Positions 20,588 to 31,039 are shown, numbered from the stretch's first letter. The stretch is 64,000 nucleotides of DNA from Alphaproteobacteria bacterium (GCA_963665325.3 CAXXWS020000002.1:64001-128000), one strand, 5' to 3'. Made by a program: numbers and translations. The notes: generated by a model from the sequence alone, not told the origin.

Positions 20588-21058
20588 ATGCTCAAGGACC
20601 ACACCTATACCGCGACCGTCACCTGGACCGGCAACCGGGGCGATGGCACGCGCCGATACCGGGGCTACGGCCGGGAGCATGACATCGCCTGCCCGGGCAA
20701 GCCGGTCCTCCGCGGCTCGGCCGACCCGGCCTACCGGGGCGATGCGGACCGGCACAATCCGGAGGACATGCTGGTCGCCGCACTCTCGGCCTGCCACATG
20801 CTCTGGTACCTGCATCTCTGCGCGAGCGCCGGGGTCGTCGTCACGGCCTATGAGGACCACGCAGAAGGCACGATGCAAACCCACGCCGACGGCGCCGGCG
20901 AGTTCGCCAGGGTCACGCTCCGGCCGCGCGTGACGATAACCGGGGAGAGCGATCCGGCAACAGCGGAACGGCTGCACGAACAGGCCAACGCGATGTGCTT
21001 CATCGCCCGCTCGGTGACCTTCCCGGTCGGCCATGCGCCGGAGATCGTGCGGGCCTGA
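20588..21058 (+). CDS. OsmC/Ohr family protein
   Basis: NPEDMLVAALSACHMLWYL and second Cys in CFIARSV. Confidence 0.92.
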   Translation: MLKDHTYTATVTWTGNRGDGTRRYRGYGREHDIACPGKPVLRGSADPAYRGDADRHNPEDMLVAALSACHMLWYLHLCASAGVVVTAYEDHAEGTMQTHADGAGEFARVTLRPRVTITGESDPATAERLHEQANAMCFIARSVTFPVGHAPEIVRA

Positions 21059-21068
21059 CGCCGCGCCA

Positions 21069-21186
21069 TTCGATACGCCGCGGATTTCATCCGCAGCTAC
21101 TCAGGGTGAGGAGATGGTGCCGGGAAGGGAAACCCTTACAAACCTCCCTCATTCCGAGTAGCCCCGGACTTGTTCCCGGCATGACG
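21069..21186. repeat. REP-like palindromic intergenic repeat between convergent genes
   Basis: GCTACTCAGGGTGAGG...CCTCATTCCGAGTAGC inverted pair followed by CCCGGACTTGTTCCCGGCATGAC, resembling common alphaproteobacterial palindromic units. Confidence 0.55.
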
Positions 21187-21255
21187 ACGAGAGGACGCGG
21201 CACGAAAGAGGCGCACACTTCCCGGTCAGGTCGGGAGGGCCCGGTTGCTTTCGGA

Positions 21256-22491
21256 CTACGCCGCCTTTCGCGCCCCTGCCTTGCTCGGAAGATTGAAGAC
21301 GCGGGCGGCGTTTCGGCCGAGAATGTTCCGCTTCTGATCTTCCGTGAGGAACGGGATGTCGTAGATGACGCGCGGCGCGTCGAAGTCGAAATGCGGCCAG
21401 TCCGAGGCGTAGAGGAGCTGCGTCTCGGCGTTTATCATCTCGAAGGTCGCTTTCAGGCCGACCTCGCTGCTCTTCTCCAGCGGCTGGCAGGTGTAGAAGC
21501 AGCTTTCCCGCATGTAGTCGGACGGCATCTTGGTCAGCAGCGGCGCTTCGCTCTGGCGCATCAGATACTGGTCGTCGAGGCGCTGCATCAGGAACGGGAC
21601 CCAGGAAAGCCCGCTCTCCACCCAGAGGCTGTTCAGATTAGGGAAACGCTCGGGGATACCGTTCAGGATCCAGTTGGTCATATGCACTAGGTTGCACCAC
21701 ACGAACCCCAGCGCATGCATGCCGAGGAAGCTGTTGCAGGTGGCGAGCGATGGGTCCTGCCAGTGGTAGCCGGCATGGAATGCGATGGGCTTGCCCGTTT
21801 CCTCGATCATCCGGTAGAGGCGCATATATTCGTTGGAGTGAACCGGCTTGTAGCGCGTCGAGGTGACGGTGAAGCCAATGACATTGGGGTTGGCGCCGAA
21901 CTCCTCGACCGTGCGGCAGGCGGCGTCCGGCGAGTTGAAGGGCAGCACGGCGAGCGACAGGATGCCGTCCTCGGCCGATAGCACATTCTCCGCCAGCCAG
22001 CGGTTGTAGGCGTTCGACAGAACCGCCTCCATCTCCACCTGCGGGTGCATGCCGATGAACAGCATCGGCGTCGGGAAGAGCACCATGTAGTCGACCGAGA
22101 GCGCTTCCATCGCCCGGCGCGTCAGCGCCACGTCGAGATGCACGCCCGGCTCGTCCACCTTCTCGCGCCGCGAGGACTGGTGCGGGATGCGCCCGCCGAC
22201 ATCCTGGTAGCGCAGGCCGAGATCGCCGTTGAGGCCGTAGGGCGGCGCGCCGATGCGCTCCTTCTGGTACATCGTCGCCTGGTGGCGCAGCACCGGATCC
22301 TCGATGTAATCGATGATCTCGTGCCAGTGCACCGTCTCGACATGGTGGGCGTCGATATCGACGATGGTCCAGTCGGCATAGCCGGCCTTGCGGGCATGGG
22401 CGCGGGCATGGGCCAGGTAATCGCGGGTGTCGGTCTCGACGCCCATTTCCTGAATCGGCATCGCGCTGGCGGTTCGGATCGCGGCATCCAT
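21256..22491 (-). CDS. Amidohydrolase_2-family metalloprotein, likely amidohydrolase-related dinuclear oxygenase subunit
   Basis: DIDAHH, AYNRWL, FHAG, WVESG, YASDWPHFDFD; operonic with a Rieske ferredoxin. Confidence 0.82.
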   Translation of the reverse strand: MDAAIRTASAMPIQEMGVETDTRDYLAHARAHARKAGYADWTIVDIDAHHVETVHWHEIIDYIEDPVLRHQATMYQKERIGAPPYGLNGDLGLRYQDVGGRIPHQSSRREKVDEPGVHLDVALTRRAMEALSVDYMVLFPTPMLFIGMHPQVEMEAVLSNAYNRWLAENVLSAEDGILSLAVLPFNSPDAACRTVEEFGANPNVIGFTVTSTRYKPVHSNEYMRLYRMIEETGKPIAFHAGYHWQDPSLATCNSFLGMHALGFVWCNLVHMTNWILNGIPERFPNLNSLWVESGLSWVPFLMQRLDDQYLMRQSEAPLLTKMPSDYMRESCFYTCQPLEKSSEVGLKATFEMINAETQLLYASDWPHFDFDAPRVIYDIPFLTEDQKRNILGRNAARVFNLPSKAGARKAA

Positions 22492-22495
22492 GGGC

Positions 22496-22873
22496 TCAGG
22501 CCTCCTCTTGCGTCGCCGCAGGCGCGGCCTCGCTCAAATGGTAATCCTCCGGGCGGCGGCGCGCCCAGAGGCCGAATTCCATCGGCCCGAGGCGCAGCGC
22601 GCGCAGCAATTCGGTGACGGCGGTGAGCGCCTCGGTCGGCGTCACCACCTCGTCATAGCGGCCGCGCAGCGGGCGGAAGCTGCGGTCCTCGCCGTCCGCC
22701 TTGGCGGCGTAGAGCTTGACGGCGGCGGTCATCAGGTCGGCAACCGCGCTGTCCGGTATCCGGTGGGCCTCGCCGCGCTCGACCGCTTCGGCGGCCAGCG
22801 ACCAGAGCCGGCGCGCGTCCTCGTCGAAATCCGCATAGGGATCGTTATGGCCCCTCAGGTCAGAGGGAGACAT
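22496..22873 (-). CDS. Small hypothetical protein of the Rieske/amidohydrolase operon
   Basis: MSPSDLRG...LMTAAVKLYAAK...VTPTEAL..., helical; overlaps the Rieske stop and ends 4 nt before the next gene. Confidence 0.7.
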   Translation of the reverse strand: MSPSDLRGHNDPYADFDEDARRLWSLAAEAVERGEAHRIPDSAVADLMTAAVKLYAAKADGEDRSFRPLRGRYDEVVTPTEALTAVTELLRALRLGPMEFGLWARRRPEDYHLSEAAPAATQEEA

Positions 22874-23228
22874 AGACCTCTCCGTTCTGCACCTGGACCG
22901 CGACAGGCTCCAGCGCCATGCCGTCATTGCCGGGGTGGCGGCCGGTGCGGATGTCGTATTCGAGCCCGTGCCACGGGCAGACGATATTGACCCGCTCCTC
23001 GTCATAGCGCCGTCCGAGCGAGCGGCGCCCGGCGTCGAGCGCCTCCAGCACCCGATTGTAGATGCGCCCCTGGCAGACCGGGCCGCCCTGGTGCGGGCAG
23101 GTATTGCGCCAGGCGTAGAAGCCGTCGTCGAGGCGGAAGACGCCGACCTCCTCGCCGCCGACCTCGACCACCTTCCTGGCGGGCAGCGGCGCAAACTCCT
23201 CGACCGACCCGACCCTCACCGTCTCCAT
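22860..23228 (-). CDS. Rieske [2Fe-2S] ferredoxin
   Basis: CPHQGGP...CPWHG motifs. Confidence 0.93.
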   Translation of the reverse strand: METVRVGSVEEFAPLPARKVVEVGGEEVGVFRLDDGFYAWRNTCPHQGGPVCQGRIYNRVLEALDAGRRSLGRRYDEERVNIVCPWHGLEYDIRTGRHPGNDGMALEPVAVQVQNGEVYVSL

Positions 23229-23303
23229 CGACCGTCCCCTCGCCAGCACCGGGCGGTAATCTGCCGGAGCCCGGACGCGGCGTCAATTTCGCCGCACTGT
23301 CGG

Positions 23304-24860
23304 TCAGCCGCCCGTCGCCTCCCCGTATGCATCGGCGAACGCCTGCAAGGCGGCGAAGAGTTCGCGGTCGTTGACGATGCGGGGCACCTTGTTCTGTCCG
23401 CCGAGCTTGCCGCGGCTCTTCATCCATGCGGCGAAGCCGCCGGGAGGCATGATGCGCACGCGGGCGGCGTCCAGGCCGTAGCCGTCCGCACGGTGGGCGT
23501 CATAGTCGTCGTTGAGGCGGCAGAGCGTCGCGTCCAGCGTTTCGGCAAAGCGGGCATGCCGCTCGCGGTCGATGCCGCCCTCGCCAAGTTCGGCTCCAAA
23601 CTCGACGATGTAGAGGTGTCCGCCGCGCGCGCCGGCCTCCTCCGGGAAGAGGCTTCCGGCGGCGAAGTCGCTGACCGTCGCGCCGATGTCCCTTGCGGCC
23701 TCCGCCACGGCGCGCTCGACCTCGGCGCCGATCACATGTTCGCCGAACGCGGAGAGCATGTAGCTCGTCCGCCCGGTGACGAGGACGCGCGGCGGGTCGC
23801 GTTCGACCAGGGTCACCGTGTCGCCGATGAGGTAGCGCCAGAGGCCGGCGCATGTCGTCACCGCGAGCGCATAGTTGACGCCCGGCTCCGCGTCGCCGAT
23901 CCAGCGGCAGTCCGGTTCGGCACTGTCGAGTTCGTCGAGCGGAATGAACTCGTAGAAGATTCCCGTATCGAGCAGCAGCCGGAGACCCTCGCCGTCCCCG
24001 CGGTCGGCAATGCCGAAGAATCCCTCGCTTGCCGGATAAACCTCGCGCGTTTCCGCGCCGCTGCCCTCGAGCAGGGCGGCGAAACGGTCGCGGTAGGGCG
24101 CCCAGGCGACGCCTCCGTGCGACAGCATTTCCAATGCGGGATAAATGTCGGCAATCCGGCTCGCACCGCCGGCGATCTCGGCCAGGCGCTCGAAAAAGAT
24201 CAGCAGCCAGCTCGGCGTGCCGGCAACGCCCGAAATCTCTTCGTCCAGGGAGCGCTCCGCAAAGCGGTCGATCTTCTCCTCCCAGTCGGTGATCGTCTCC
24301 AGGTCGTGCGGCGGGAAGTAGCGCAGCCTTGCCCAGCGGGGCATTTCCGCCGCCGCGATGCCGCTCAGGTCGCCGCTGGAGACCCCCGGCGCCTGCCGGA
24401 CCAGCCCGGTCGAACCGCCGAGCATGAAGACACGGCCCGCGAGCAGCCGGGTTTCCGGCCGGTTGGCGACATGGTGGACCATCAACTCGGTGCCCGCGCG
24501 CACATTGGACCGGCGCATTTCTCGGCTGACGGGGATGTATTTCGTCGCGCCGGTCGTCGTGCCGGACGACACGGCGAACCACGGAATGAGCCCCGGCCAG
24601 GTGCAATCGGTCAGGCGGGGGAAGGGGGCGCGCCAGTAGCTTTCCCAGAAGGCATCGTAGTCCCTGAGCGGGACGTGAGAGCGGAAGTCGTCGAGGGACC
24701 ATGCGTCGGAGAACTCGTGGTCGCGCCCGAATTGCGTGCGGCGCGCATGCCGGATCAGGGACGACAGAACGCGGCGCTGCGCCCGTTTCGGGTCCATATG
24801 CTCCAGATGCCGAAGCCGCCGGCGGGCATAGAGGCGGAGAAGCCAGGTCGCGTCGTACAT
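23304..24860 (-). CDS. GH3 family acyl-adenylate-forming acid-amido synthetase
   Basis: SSGTTTGATKYIP, YPASEGFF, FYEFIP, GLWRYLIGD, GKLGGQNKVPR. Confidence 0.9.
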   Translation of the reverse strand: MYDATWLLRLYARRRLRHLEHMDPKRAQRRVLSSLIRHARRTQFGRDHEFSDAWSLDDFRSHVPLRDYDAFWESYWRAPFPRLTDCTWPGLIPWFAVSSGTTTGATKYIPVSREMRRSNVRAGTELMVHHVANRPETRLLAGRVFMLGGSTGLVRQAPGVSSGDLSGIAAAEMPRWARLRYFPPHDLETITDWEEKIDRFAERSLDEEISGVAGTPSWLLIFFERLAEIAGGASRIADIYPALEMLSHGGVAWAPYRDRFAALLEGSGAETREVYPASEGFFGIADRGDGEGLRLLLDTGIFYEFIPLDELDSAEPDCRWIGDAEPGVNYALAVTTCAGLWRYLIGDTVTLVERDPPRVLVTGRTSYMLSAFGEHVIGAEVERAVAEAARDIGATVSDFAAGSLFPEEAGARGGHLYIVEFGAELGEGGIDRERHARFAETLDATLCRLNDDYDAHRADGYGLDAARVRIMPPGGFAAWMKSRGKLGGQNKVPRIVNDRELFAALQAFADAYGEATGG

Positions 24861-24891
24861 GGTCGGTTGGCGCGCGCCTCCGTTTCCCGGG

Positions 24892-27174
24892 TCAGTTCTC
24901 CAACGACAGCACGTGCGGAAAGTTCGCGCGCACCTCGGAAGGCGTGAGCGGCATGCGCACATATTCGCCCTGGCGCCACAGTTCCCACTGGTCAAGCACG
25001 GTCGAGCTGTTGAACCAGCCGTCCTGCCCGCCCAGCAGTACGAAATAATTCTCGTCCGGGTCGGACAGGTCCGAAATGTGGCGCGCGTTGGACCCGTAAG
25101 TGACGGTATGGCGCTCCGCCGTGGCCCTGTGCGCAGTCTTCATCACCGTTTCCGAGCTTCCGCCGACGCCCGCTTCGGCAAAGCGGTACCGCCCGCCGAT
25201 GAGCGGAATGGCCGACAGAGGATGCGCGAGGCGGAGGCGGTGCATGTCTCCCCAGCCGGAGAAGGTCTCGAGACCGTCCGCAGCCGCACGCAGCCCGGCT
25301 ATCAGCGCCGCGCGCACGGTCTGCTCATCCGCAACCGCGATATCTTCCGCCAGCAGGGCTGTGCCCCGGCGCATCTTCGCGAACGCTTCGCCGTCGTCTT
25401 CCCCGTAGCGAAGGAGGTAGAAGCGTCGGGCGAAACCGTGGCGAAACTGCTCGAACGCGACTGCGCCCAGGGACTCGCGCCGGTACTTGCCGTCCCACCC
25501 GCGCAGCCGGTCGATCGCCTTGGCGCCCTGCGCGTCGGCCGCCGGGCTCAATCCCAGTCCGTCCAGCCTGGAAAGGAAGAGGTCGCGCAACCGGACCGAG
25601 GACGACATGTAAATGTCCTGCTGCAGCGCCTTGAGAGTGTCGATGCCCACCGCAGTTTCGTCCGCGATCAGCGCGGTCATGCGCCGTACCCGATCGTCGG
25701 GCGAGAAGAAGAATCCCACGGGAATGTCCGTCTCCGAGGGACGGTTGTTGGCCGAGACCAGGAAGCCGGTTTCCGGGTTGAGGCTGTAGGGAAGATCAGC
25801 CCCGGTGCGCATCGCGCCCCAGGATGCGTCGGCTGCGGAACCGTCGAGAAAAATATCGGCAGGCGCCGCGCGGCGTGAGGGCAGCCGCACCGCCATGACC
25901 TGGCCGATATTCCCGTCACGGTCCGCATAGAGCATGTTCTGCCCCGGCACGGCGAAGCTGTCGAATGCGGCGCGGAACTCCGGGAAGCTCTTCGCCCGGC
26001 TTGCCGCGAGCATGGCGCCGATCTCGTCACTTGCGCTGTGCCCGGTCCATTTCAGTGCGAGCGGCGGCAGGTCGTATTTCGCGAGAAGCGGCGCGTCGGT
26101 CACGATCGGCCCCAGGCGGGTCTCGCGGACGGTCGCCTCCGTGTCGAACCACCAGCGCACGCCGATCCGCTCGCGCCGCTCCGCTATCTCCGACGCCGGC
26201 ATGTCCTTCACATCGTAGAGATCGCTGGAGGCCGCGCGCATGTTCGTGCCGCCCCAGGCGATGTGCGGATTGCGGCCGATGGCGAAGATCGGCAGGCCCG
26301 GCGCCATCAGACCGACCGCGCGATAGGAAGGCGAGTGCACGCCCGCGATCAGCCAGACGCCCGGAACGAAAATGCCGAGATGGGGATCGTTGGCGATGAG
26401 TGCGCCGCCGGTGGTGCTGCGTTGCCCCGACACGGCGACGCTGTTGCTGCCCGACCTGGGGACTCCGGCGAGCCACGAGGGCACCGCGGCCGTCTGTAGG
26501 GGGCCGCCGAAACTGGCAAACGACGTGCCGCCCTCCTTCACGAGACGCGCCCAGATTTCAGGCCAGTCGGGCCGCGCGCGGAGCGGCAGGAGATCGGCCC
26601 AGACCAGCCAGTTCACGTCGGTGCCGCCGAGACGCCCGATGGCCAGGACGTCGGCAACGGTCCAGGTCTCGGGCTCCAGGCCCAGAATGCCGAAATCGTG
26701 CGGCAACTCGGCGGCGGTGTCCTGGTAATGGTTGATGCCATCCACGAAACGCCGGACCCAGAGCAGGGCGGCTTCGTCCATGGTCCGCTCGATCTCCGCT
26801 GCGGCGCGGCTGTAGGAGAGGGTGCGCAGGCCGCGGTCGATGTCGATGCCCATGGGGCCGATCATCTCGGACACCCGCCCCCGCGCGAGCATGCGCGCCG
26901 TCGCCATCTGTCCGAGCCTGAGATGCGCGTGCACGAGGCCCAGCGCGAACGCCGCATCACTGTCGCTGTCCGCCTCGATGAAGGGAATCTGCCGCTCGTT
27001 CCAGCGGATCGTCACGCGCCCTTCCAGCGGCAGGCCGCGTGTGGGGAACGCTTCAAGACGCGCAGGGACGCCCTTCGGCTTCGGCAATGGCGCGAGCAGC
27101 GCACAGGCCGAGAGCGCGAGCGCCGCCGCGCCGACGGCAAGCCCGGCGGCGATGGAGGAGAACTTGGACGGCAT
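24892..27174 (-). CDS. Penicillin acylase family Ntn hydrolase, predicted lipoprotein
   Basis: Lipobox LSAC, IPFIEA, GSNSVAV (Ser nucleophile), ANDPHL, QNMLYAD, SANN. Confidence 0.92.
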   Translation of the reverse strand: MPSKFSSIAAGLAVGAAALALSACALLAPLPKPKGVPARLEAFPTRGLPLEGRVTIRWNERQIPFIEADSDSDAAFALGLVHAHLRLGQMATARMLARGRVSEMIGPMGIDIDRGLRTLSYSRAAAEIERTMDEAALLWVRRFVDGINHYQDTAAELPHDFGILGLEPETWTVADVLAIGRLGGTDVNWLVWADLLPLRARPDWPEIWARLVKEGGTSFASFGGPLQTAAVPSWLAGVPRSGSNSVAVSGQRSTTGGALIANDPHLGIFVPGVWLIAGVHSPSYRAVGLMAPGLPIFAIGRNPHIAWGGTNMRAASSDLYDVKDMPASEIAERRERIGVRWWFDTEATVRETRLGPIVTDAPLLAKYDLPPLALKWTGHSASDEIGAMLAASRAKSFPEFRAAFDSFAVPGQNMLYADRDGNIGQVMAVRLPSRRAAPADIFLDGSAADASWGAMRTGADLPYSLNPETGFLVSANNRPSETDIPVGFFFSPDDRVRRMTALIADETAVGIDTLKALQQDIYMSSSVRLRDLFLSRLDGLGLSPAADAQGAKAIDRLRGWDGKYRRESLGAVAFEQFRHGFARRFYLLRYGEDDGEAFAKMRRGTALLAEDIAVADEQTVRAALIAGLRAAADGLETFSGWGDMHRLRLAHPLSAIPLIGGRYRFAEAGVGGSSETVMKTAHRATAERHTVTYGSNARHISDLSDPDENYFVLLGGQDGWFNSSTVLDQWELWRQGEYVRMPLTPSEVRANFPHVLSLEN

Positions 27175-27234
27175 CCGGTCCTCCAGTCAGCGCAGGGCGC
27201 GCGACCGAAGCACTGTCGTTCGCCTGCCCGCCGG

Positions 27235-28659
27235 TCAGCCCCCGCAGAGCGCGGCGTCGAGTTCCTTGAGGTCGGGGGCGCGGTCGAGGGTCATGACGGC
27301 CTCGAAGATGCGCTCCACGCGCTCCGGGTCGACGGCGCGTGCGGCGTTGTCGCGGAACTTGTCGCAGATGTCCTCGGCCGAGAGCGGGTTGGCATCCGAG
27401 CCGCGGTTGACCGACTCGCGGTGGCGGAGCTCCCGCCCGTCGCGGGTGCGGACCCTGATCTCGCCGGAATAGTAGCGCGGGAAGGCCGACTCGGGATCGA
27501 TCTCGAAGCCCACCCGGTCCGCCAGCGCCAGCACCTCAGGGTCCGAGATCGCGTTCGGGTCGATCTCATCGAGCGTGAAGCGCCCGTGCGTCAGTGCCGC
27601 CGCGATGGTGTAGTGCATCGAGAACTGGGCGTCGTAGCTGTTCTGCGGGCGCTTCTTAGTCTCCTCCGGACGGCAGACGACATTGGCCTGCGCGTCGGCG
27701 ATGTAGCCTGTGATGCTGTCCACATCGTCGGGCCGGAGCCCGTGCTCGCGCCGGAGCGCCAGCGCCGCATCGGCGAAGGCGTGGTTGAAATGGCAGGCGG
27801 GGTAGGGCTTGAAGGCCACATTCTCCAGCTCCCAGACCTCGCCCAGAGCGGCCGTCGCCATGTCGAGGCGCGCCTCGTGGTCCGCGCCGAGATGCAGGTT
27901 GTAGAGGCCGTAGCGGCCCTCATAGGGTGCGCTCGGGCCCTGGAAGCCGCCGCCGGCGAGCGCGGTGGCGGTGATGCCCGCCACGGCCGCCCAGCCTGGA
28001 TGCATGCGCTTGGTCCAGGCGCCGTCGGAGAGGAACTCCAGGCTGCCGGCGGCCATGGAGAGCGCGATGCCCTGCGCCATCGCCGCCTCGCGCTCCGACA
28101 GGCCGGCGAGGCGGGCGGCCGTCAGAGCCGCGCCGAATGCGCCGACAAGGCCGGTCGGGTGGTGGCCGCGCACATGGAAGCCGCCCTGCGCCGCTTGTCC
28201 GATCCGCGACGACGCTTCGACGCCGACGAGATAGGCCGCCAGCAAATCCCGGCCCGAAGCTCCGGACGCGAAGCCCTGCGCCAGCGCGGCGACGAGGGCC
28301 GAGGCCGAGGCATGGACCACGCCGTCGGAGTGCGTGTCGTCGTAGTCGAGGCCGTGGACCAGCACCCCGTTGACCAGTGCGGCATCGCGCATCGGCAGGC
28401 GGACATCCGTGCCGATCACGGGCGATGGGCCCTCGCCGGCGAGCCCGCGCATGGAGTCAAGCGTCTTGCGGCCGAAATCGTAGCCGGTCGAGGCGAGCGC
28501 GATGCCGATGCAGTCGAGAATGTGAAGGCGAGCGCGCTCCATCACCCGGTTGGGAACCGCCCGGTCGTCGAGCCCGCAGGCGAATTCCGCCAGCATGGCG
28601 GCTATCGGCCGGTTCGCTGCTGCCGTTCCGTCGCTTACTGCCGTCTGGAGCCCGTCCAT
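27235..28659 (-). CDS. MmgE/PrpD family protein
   Basis: AALVNGVLVHGLDYDDTH, KRMHPG, FKPYPACH. Confidence 0.92.
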   Translation of the reverse strand: MDGLQTAVSDGTAAANRPIAAMLAEFACGLDDRAVPNRVMERARLHILDCIGIALASTGYDFGRKTLDSMRGLAGEGPSPVIGTDVRLPMRDAALVNGVLVHGLDYDDTHSDGVVHASASALVAALAQGFASGASGRDLLAAYLVGVEASSRIGQAAQGGFHVRGHHPTGLVGAFGAALTAARLAGLSEREAAMAQGIALSMAAGSLEFLSDGAWTKRMHPGWAAVAGITATALAGGGFQGPSAPYEGRYGLYNLHLGADHEARLDMATAALGEVWELENVAFKPYPACHFNHAFADAALALRREHGLRPDDVDSITGYIADAQANVVCRPEETKKRPQNSYDAQFSMHYTIAAALTHGRFTLDEIDPNAISDPEVLALADRVGFEIDPESAFPRYYSGEIRVRTRDGRELRHRESVNRGSDANPLSAEDICDKFRDNAARAVDPERVERIFEAVMTLDRAPDLKELDAALCGG

Positions 28660-28765
28660 GTTCCTGTCCTCGCCTCGATAGACCTGTCTTCGACGGCAAT
28701 CATAGCCCGGCGGGCCAATTGCCGCTATTCCAGTCCCTCTGCGTTCCCGCCGGAATGGATTCCCC

Positions 28766-29656
28766 TTGCCGCCGCGCCATCGCCCGTCCCTCGGTATCCC
28801 GCTCATGCTCGCCGCCATGGTCGGCATCACGGCCGTCGATGCCATCGCCAAGCATGTGGCGTCGAGCCTGAGCGGCGTGCAGGTTGCGTGGGGCTATTTC
28901 ACCTTCATCACGGTGACACTCACCACCGGTTTCCTCATTGCCCGCGTCCCGCCCCGGCGCTGGCTGCGCACTCGCAATCCCGGCTTGCAGGCATTGCGTG
29001 CGTGTTGCCTGGTGGGTTCGCTCTCCATGCTGTTCGTGGGCCTGCAATATCTGGCGCTGGCCGATGCGACGGTCATCAGCTTCGCCGCGCCGCTCTTTCT
29101 GACCGCGCTGTCATGGCCGGTGCTCAAGGAACGGGTCGGGCCGCACCGCTGGGCGGCGGTGCTGCTCGGCTGGGCCGGCGTCATCGTCGTCATCCGTCCG
29201 GGCCTCGGCGTCGTCCATTGGGCGGCGGTGCTGCCGCTCATCGGCGCGGTCTTCTTTGCAGGTTTCCAGCTTGTCACGCGCATCATCACGGCGCGCGACG
29301 ACCACCTGGCGACGCTGTTCTACACCTCGGCGGGCGGCGCGTTATTGCTCACCGCGGCCATGCCAGTTTTCTGGCAGTGGCCCGCCCCGGAGACATGGGC
29401 CTGGATGGCCGTGTCGGGCGCTATCGGCGCGGGTGCGCATTTCCTCATGATCAACGCCTTTGCCGTCACCGAGGCATCGTTGCTCGCACCCTTCAACTAT
29501 TCGCGCATTTTCTGGGCCTTGCTGATCGGGTGGTTCGCCTTCCAGGACCTGCCGGATACAGCGACGCTCGCCGGCGGCGGGCTGATCGTCGCCTCAGGCC
29601 TCTACGTCTTCTGGCGCGAGCAGGTCACACACCGTCGAGCGCATCCTCGACCATGA
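28766..29656 (+). CDS. DMT (EamA) family transporter
   Basis: About 10 TM segments, LKERVGPHRW, VIRPG, LAPFNY; start uncertain. Confidence 0.9.
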   Translation: MPPRHRPSLGIPLMLAAMVGITAVDAIAKHVASSLSGVQVAWGYFTFITVTLTTGFLIARVPPRRWLRTRNPGLQALRACCLVGSLSMLFVGLQYLALADATVISFAAPLFLTALSWPVLKERVGPHRWAAVLLGWAGVIVVIRPGLGVVHWAAVLPLIGAVFFAGFQLVTRIITARDDHLATLFYTSAGGALLLTAAMPVFWQWPAPETWAWMAVSGAIGAGAHFLMINAFAVTEASLLAPFNYSRIFWALLIGWFAFQDLPDTATLAGGGLIVASGLYVFWREQVTHRRAHPRP

Positions 29657-29705
29657 CATACCGGGTTTGCGCATCTTCCACTTCGTGAAGGCGTAGATCC
29701 GGCGC

Positions 29706-30803
29706 TCAGTCGAAGGTGAGCACGCTGCGGGCTACCTCGCCTGCCTGCAGCGCGTCGTAGGCCTCGTTGATCTGCTCCAGCGGGTAGGACCGGCTGATCA
29801 GCTCGTCGATCTTCAACCGGCCGCGCATGTACATGTCCGCGAGCCTGGGGAGATCGACCCACGGCCGCGCGGACCCGTACCACGAACCGATGATGGCGCG
29901 TTCGGTGCGCGGTATCGACAACGCATTGAATTCCAGCACGTCGTCTTCGGGCGCCATCCCCACGATCACCGTGGTTCCGCCCAGGCGGCACATCTCATAG
30001 GCTTGCTGTATCGCCTGCGGGTTGCCGATCGCCTCGAAGGCGAAGTCGACGCCGCCGCCCGTCATCTCCCTCACGCGCTCAGCGGCATCGCCGTTGCCGG
30101 CATTGATCGTGTCCGTCGCGCCGAACAGGCGGGCATATTCCAGCTTGTTGTCCAGGAGATCGATGGCGATCACGCGATCCGCGCCGGCCAGCGCCGCACC
30201 CTGCACCGCGTTCAGGCCGACACCGCCGCAGCCGATGACGGCGACGGTCTCGCCGGGCCTGACGCGGGCCGTATTTGCGACCGCGCCGACGCCGGTCATG
30301 ACCGCGCAACCGATAAGGCAGGCCCGGTCCAGCGGCATGTCCTTGCGCACCGGCACAGCGCCCGACTCGGGCACGACGGCGTATTCGGCGAAGCACGACA
30401 CTCGCGCCATATGGTGAATGTCCGCCCCGTGACGGTGGAGGCGAACGGTGCCGTCAAACATGGCCGAACGCGGCGTATCGATGCCGTCGCACAGCACGGG
30501 ACGCCCGACCACGCAGTAGTGGCAGTGGCCGCAGTTGGCGCGGAAATTCAGGATCACATGGTCGCCCGGCTTCACGCGGGTCACGCCGGCGCCCACCTTT
30601 TCGACGATTCCCGCGCCTTCATGGCCGAGCACCGCAGGCAGCGGCGTCGTCCACTCGCCCTTGATCAGGTGCAGGTCGGAGTGGCACACGCCGGCCGCGC
30701 CGATGCGAACCAGCACTTCTCCGTCGCTGGGATCGTCGAGCTCGACGGTCTGCACTTCCATCGGTTTGTTGGGTTCGTAAAGAACCGCCGCTTTCATCTC
30801 CAT
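29706..30803 (-). CDS. Zn-dependent alcohol dehydrogenase (class III-like MDR)
   Basis: GVCHSD, GHEGAG, CGHCHYC...C, GCGGVG. Confidence 0.93.
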   Translation of the reverse strand: MEMKAAVLYEPNKPMEVQTVELDDPSDGEVLVRIGAAGVCHSDLHLIKGEWTTPLPAVLGHEGAGIVEKVGAGVTRVKPGDHVILNFRANCGHCHYCVVGRPVLCDGIDTPRSAMFDGTVRLHRHGADIHHMARVSCFAEYAVVPESGAVPVRKDMPLDRACLIGCAVMTGVGAVANTARVRPGETVAVIGCGGVGLNAVQGAALAGADRVIAIDLLDNKLEYARLFGATDTINAGNGDAAERVREMTGGGVDFAFEAIGNPQAIQQAYEMCRLGGTTVIVGMAPEDDVLEFNALSIPRTERAIIGSWYGSARPWVDLPRLADMYMRGRLKIDELISRSYPLEQINEAYDALQAGEVARSVLTFD

Positions 30804-30850
30804 AAGAACTTCCTCCTGGCCCCGAAAGCCGGGGCGGTTCGTCGTTGCGG

Positions 30851-31039
30851 CTAGTGTCGCGAAGGCGGGAGCGGTCGTGGCCGGATCGAAAGGGCGCCCA
30901 ATTCGCCGGCCCGTACCTTTTCTCCCCTTGCCAGCGCCCGGCAAATCTCCTTGAACAGGCTGTCGACCGCAGCCCCCGCCGCCGTCCTGTCCAGTCCTGT
31001 ATTGGCGGCGACGCGCGCAACCAGTTCGGACCTCGTCAT
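30851..31039 (-). pseudogene. Truncated HU/IHF-like protein (62 aa) lacking the DNA-binding arm
   Basis: MTRSELVARVAANTGLDRTAAGAAVDSLFKEICRALARGEKVRAGELGALSIR matches HU helices 1-2 and the first strands, then stops before the RNP motif. Confidence 0.7.

Noticed and set aside
26698-29688. 996-aa plus-strand ORF, and similar long ORFs such as 13172..15214, 22935..24947 and 47712..50018
   Set aside because: They overlap well-supported genes on the other strand or frame and are Arg/Gly/Ala-rich without family motifs.
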